Below, piece by piece: positions 59,797 through 64,000 of a stretch of 64,000 nucleotides of DNA. The translations under genes were made by a program, and so were the position numbers. The stretch is taken from assembly GCA_964016885.1 (NCBI GenBank), contig OZ024746.1:12276001-12340000 (forward strand), in the 5' to 3' direction. The notes beneath the pieces were generated by a model. It worked only from the letters and a program-made list of their open reading frames with translations. It searched no databases and was not told where the DNA came from. How positions within the stretch are numbered: the stretch's first letter is position 1; each line of letters begins with the position of its first letter. The DNA comes from Eledone cirrhosa (taxonomy: Eukaryota).

Positions 59797-62618
59797 CTGA
59801 AAGTAGGCAGATCTGGTTTTAAAACATTTCTTTATTAAAAACTAAATTTGAGATGGGGATATCAATTATTTTAAAGTACTTATTGCCTTTTTTTATTTGA
59901 AAATTATAGAATAGAATTTCTTTTAATAAGTGAAATAAGTAAGTGGCAGGGATATGAAATTGTTATTCTATCTTGAATATCAAATTAAATTTCAGTTTAA
60001 ATATTCTAATTACTGTCCTTATACCATACATTTTTGGTGATAAAAGTATTTAAAAATATTTCAATTTTACCAATTTAAAACTTCAAACTGTAAATAATCC
60101 ATTGGAGTGTTACCCTCCAGCTACTTCCAGTACTCATTTTCAGCTGAGTGGACTAGAGCAATGTGAAATTGTTTTGCTCAAGAACACACCCAGTCAAAGA
60201 ATCAAACCCACATTAAGTCCACCACATGCTTTCAGTAAGATTATATACCTTAAAGTAAATTTTGAATCTTTCAAACAGGACTTTCCATTTCAATTCTGTC
60301 TTTTTATTTTCACTCAGCTGAACAAATTGAGCTGCCTGTAATGTAATTGAATGAAAGCAATTAAAAATTGAAGAAAATGAAAATATATATCAAATTGTAA
60401 GAGAAAAAAGAATAAATGAAACTTATTTGCTGTGAAATATAATGTGCAATCAATGTTATAGGTTTTCTGTAGATGAGTACTATGATGTATCGACTATATA
60501 CAGCCTGATCATCATCATCGTTTAATGTCTATCTTTCATGCTAAATGTCATTATATTGTAGCTGATCATGTGTGATGAGGTTGAAATCATGACCCAGATT
60601 TTTGGCAACTGGTCACAGTTCATAAGAAGCTCAAACTAATGAAATTCCTGAACACATTTCAATCTGTTCCAACTAATACCAATCTAGCATTGATTAATCA
60701 ATAGTTGTAAATAATGATTTCTGTCACATATTTAGAAGAAAAAGTTTGAATTAATCCAGTATTTTACTGGTACTTATTTTGTTAATAAAGTCAATCTCAA
60801 TAGAATTTGAAGATAGAATATAAAGAGAAGTGTCAGTCCATTGTTCTAGTGATTGTAAATAATGGGTAGACAGAGCTAGCTTCTGAGAAATGGTTGGGTG
60901 AGGATATGGGGCTCATCGACATCACTTTTTTTCCTGATGAGAATCATGGATATATGGCATCTAATTGATGAGAATTGGTGCAATTGTTCATGGTCTCTGA
61001 CCCTCAGTAGTGAGGATGAGAGGAGACCAGAGCAGACCAAACCTATATACCAAATGATGTAATTATTGATGAGAATTGTTCATGATCTCTGACCCTCAGT
61101 AATACCAGACCTATGTACTTAATGATGAAATTGTACTGAAACTATTTGAAATTCCTAAACATTTTACTTATATTCTTTTTCTATTTATATCTTTGTTTTG
61201 TTTTACTTTATTCTTGACTTTCTCTAATAAAGGGAAGAATTTCTACAGGTGAGATGTAAAAATATTGTATACTAACTGAAACATTGAGAAGGTTTTCAAC
61301 AAGGTCATTATTTATGAAACATCTCCTAATTGTGTCTGTAGAATCGGAGAAAGCAATTGTCAGATAGAACTTGATAAGTGGAGATTTCATATTATCATGT
61401 GTAGATCCACAGTTGCTGTTTAAACATATTGGGGATTCTAGACTCATTGGAAACATACAATCAGGGCTGAAATAATTAAAAAAACACACATTAAAATATT
61501 TTATTACTCTCATGGTAATTCTTTTATTAAAAAGAAGTCTTTTTAAAATATAAAAAAATTCTTTAAGTAAACTTACATGTATCAAATTCTGGTATTTGTC
61601 ATCAAACATTTTGAAAAAATATGTCATTTCTAAGCAGTATTTAACAAAACTAAAACTGTGAGATATCAGCTTGTTGGTCAAATGTTTGATGGTTTATAGT
61701 GCAGGCTATAAAAAGACTGAAGGCATTTTATGCAGTATTCTATTATTTCTGTCACTCATCCTCTCAAATGGTGATTTCTAATATTGCCTTAAAGTTAGAA
61801 AGTTTGAAGTCCTAAAATCAGGAGTCTAACCATACAGGAGAGGGAGAGGGAGAAATTGGATGTCATGGGATTCTTGTTCTTTTTGAAATATAAATACAGT
61901 ATAATATATCCAGTTGGGTCACATGCAAATAATATTTTGTCACACTCAGAGTTGCTGAAGCATGGAACAAACTACCTGCATCTGTTGTTGGCTGTCGGGA
62001 CACTGCATCCTTCAAAACTTCCATTCTTCCCAAAATTTGCCAACACTACACCTGATATTCCCCCTCCATACACGTGTGTGTGTTTATATCATGATTCATG
62101 CACTGTTCATGTTCCTAACATTTGTACATTATTCTATGTACTATAAGGTACTATTGGTAGTATCGGTAGAGGGTTGGCTACCATACTTTGCAGCATAGAG
62201 TTACGTCCCTTTACGGTCTGAGTTCAAATCCCGCCGAGGTTAACTTTGCCTGTCATCCTTACGGGGGTCGATAAAATAAAGTACCAGTAATACACGGGGA
62301 TAATTGCTGGCCTTGTGCCAAATGTAGAAACATTTATTCTATATACTACACATGCACCTTTGATGAGTTGTAGTGCACCTGAGCACTATACACAATAATT
62401 TTCATTATTATTATAATATAGAATGTAAAAACCAAAGATTAGAAGTAAGATCAACAAAAGAATGAGTTACCAGTAAAACTGAATATAGTTGTTATTTGGT
62501 GAGTCCACATTAAACCAACTAATAAAACTGTAAGAGTAACCATATATATCACTACTTGAGGGAACTTTTAATAAATCCTTTATTTCTTTAACTGTGTACA
62601 CTTCAGTAATAGAAGATG
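59689..62618 (-). CDS. MEIOB: MEIOB-like protein (meiosis-specific, OB-fold), last four coding exons; the gene continues beyond the window
   Basis: Exons 62618-62471, 61466-61277, 60335-60249, 59796-59689, GT-AG bounded and phase-consistent. ITEVYTV, CPDC...CLNSNC zinc knuckle, KKTELKWKVLFERFKIYFK and IKVLHC match the MEIOB C-terminal region as I recall it. Confidence 0.85.
60249..60335 (-). CDS. MEIOB: MEIOB-like exon (AAQFVQLSENKKTELKWKVLFERFKIYFK)
   Basis: ttacag / GTATAT. Confidence 0.88.
61277..61466 (-). CDS. MEIOB: MEIOB-like exon (CPDC...LLNVS)
   Basis: tttcag / GTTAGT; four-cysteine zinc knuckle. Confidence 0.85.
61938..62413 (+). mobile_element. CR1-like LINE 3' fragment interrupted by a SINE at about 62155-62335
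   Basis: LINE 3' UTR resumes after the SINE; imperfect duplication ttattctatgtacta / ttattctatatacta. Confidence 0.8.
62471..62618 (-). CDS. MEIOB: MEIOB-like exon (SSITEVYTVKEIK...YIQFY)
   Basis: tttcag / GTAACT. Confidence 0.85.
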
Positions 62619-62874
62619 CTGAAATGATAAAGGGTTCAAATATACATATATAATAATTACATGCTATATATTTAAAAAATACATCTCTTTACAGACATAA
62701 TGCATGTGCATTGATATATGAAAACCCCTCAAAATGTTATTCCAGTCATGATAAGGGCTATGCACTTAACTTCCACAAATCAGTTTTAAATAATGTGTAT
62801 GTCAGAGAGTGGTGAATGTGTAAATAAAGAGTGCAACACTTGACAGGGAGAGAGAAAGAATGAGAAAGACATAA

Positions 62875-62917
<43 letters not shown>

Positions 62918-62923
62918 CATAAA

Positions 62924-63631
62924 TCATCATCATCATCATTGTTTAACGTCTATCTTCCATGCTAGCATGGGTTTAGACGGGAATTGTCCCACTTGAGGCA
63001 AGATTGGTTGTCTTGCGGGTTTTCTATAGCTGGATGCCCTTCCTAACACCAACCACGTTTACAGTGTGGACTGGGAGGTTATACCGTGTTACCTACACGG
63101 CCACATTACAGCGTGGACTGTGTGTTTTTTTGTTGTGACACCTACATGACCTCATTTATTTAGGACTGGATGTTGTGGTACCAACATAACTTTACAGAGA
63201 AAGGGGTGGTGTAGATGGGCGGGGTAGTGGGATGCGGGTGTATTTTTGGTTAAGAGATGCCTACTGACTATATGTTTCGCTTTGTACTTAGGCAAGGCAG
63301 GTCTTCTGTATTACTGCGTAGCGCCAAAGATCTCGGTCCAGTGACATTGTCTTGGAGAGGTGTAAGTGTGTAAAGTCGGAATTTATCAAATCGCCCCAGG
63401 TTTTTCTGGGTCTACTTACTCCATAGCTTCCATCTATTTTGATCGTCCTGCACTTTTTTATACAGCTGTCGTCTTTCATGCGCATCACATGACCATACCA
63501 ACGTAGTCTTCTCTCGAGTAAACAGCATCTGATCCCTCTTATTCCTAATTTCTCACTTAGTTTATTTATGCTTTGCCATTCACGTATATTACTATTACAC
63601 ATCCAACGGAGCATGCAAGTTTCATTCCTCT
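62924..63631 (-). mobile_element. Short 5'-truncated copy of the 20-22 kb RTE-like LINE, in a MEIOB intron
   Basis: ORF 63288-63614 nearly identical to the C-terminus of the 20-22 kb copy; same 3' UTR and tail. Confidence 0.92.
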
Positions 63632-63634
63632 CAA

Positions 63635-63669
<35 letters not shown>

Positions 63670-63677
63670 AATATTTT

Positions 63678-63708
<31 letters not shown>

Positions 63709-63713
63709 GAGAC

Positions 63714-63770
<57 letters not shown>

Positions 63771-63773
<3 letters not shown>

Positions 63774-64000
63774 GTGAGAGCATTAGCCTTGCAATCGAAA
63801 GGTTGTGAGTTCAATTCTCAGATCGGGTGATGTGTTGTTTCCTTGAGCAAGACACTTTATTTCACATTGCTCCAGTTTACTCAGCTGTAGAAATGAGATG
63901 ATAGGGACTGGGGTCCCTATCATTCCACTGCAAAGTGGTCGTGGAGGTGCCATGGCAAAAAAGCACCCAGCACTCACTGTAAATGAGGTTGGTGTTAGGA
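63771..64000 (+). mobile_element. Second tRNA-derived SINE family with CORE-like centre and RTE-derived 3' end; other copies at 36714-36965, 18068-18195 (+) and 58200-58458 (-)
   Basis: tagtggttagagc A-box, gagttcaattc B-box, ccttgagcaagacacttt centre, then ggttggtgttagga shared with the LINE 3' UTR. Confidence 0.78.

Noticed and set aside
59774-59812. Alternative MEIOB acceptor giving ICLLSDPETTRI*
   Set aside because: Poor pyrimidine tract; the acceptor before 59796 gives a tail that matches the family

Overview
Eukaryotic, AT-rich, intron-rich animal DNA, most likely from an octopus or other coleoid cephalopod (inferred from the SINE/LINE families and the (TA)n/(CAT)n microsatellites). 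I reconstructed four genes by hand from splice sites and reading phase. (1) The last coding exon of an unidentified gene with a proline-rich, SH3-ligand-like tail (+, 408-551). (2) A complete 8-exon mu-crystallin/ketimine reductase gene of the ornithine cyclodeaminase family (-, 25797-2820, 308 aa). (3) A complete 22-exon Nup85 gene (+, 28181-57120, 658 aa), head-to-head with the mu-crystallin gene. (4) The last four exons of a MEIOB-like gene (-, 62618-59689). Introns are filled with RTE-like and CR1-like LINE fragments, tRNA-derived SINEs, several MITE families and large minisatellites. The most notable observations are: a 5.7-kb array of a 40-bp unit cut from LINE ORF2 coding sequence, a PHD-type zinc finger inside a LINE reverse transcriptase, a 277-bp near-perfect inverted repeat in a Nup85 intron, degenerate hammerhead-like cores, and changes at conserved motifs of the mu-crystallin. 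There is no CRISPR array or prokaryotic system, and I cannot claim a new biological system with confidence.
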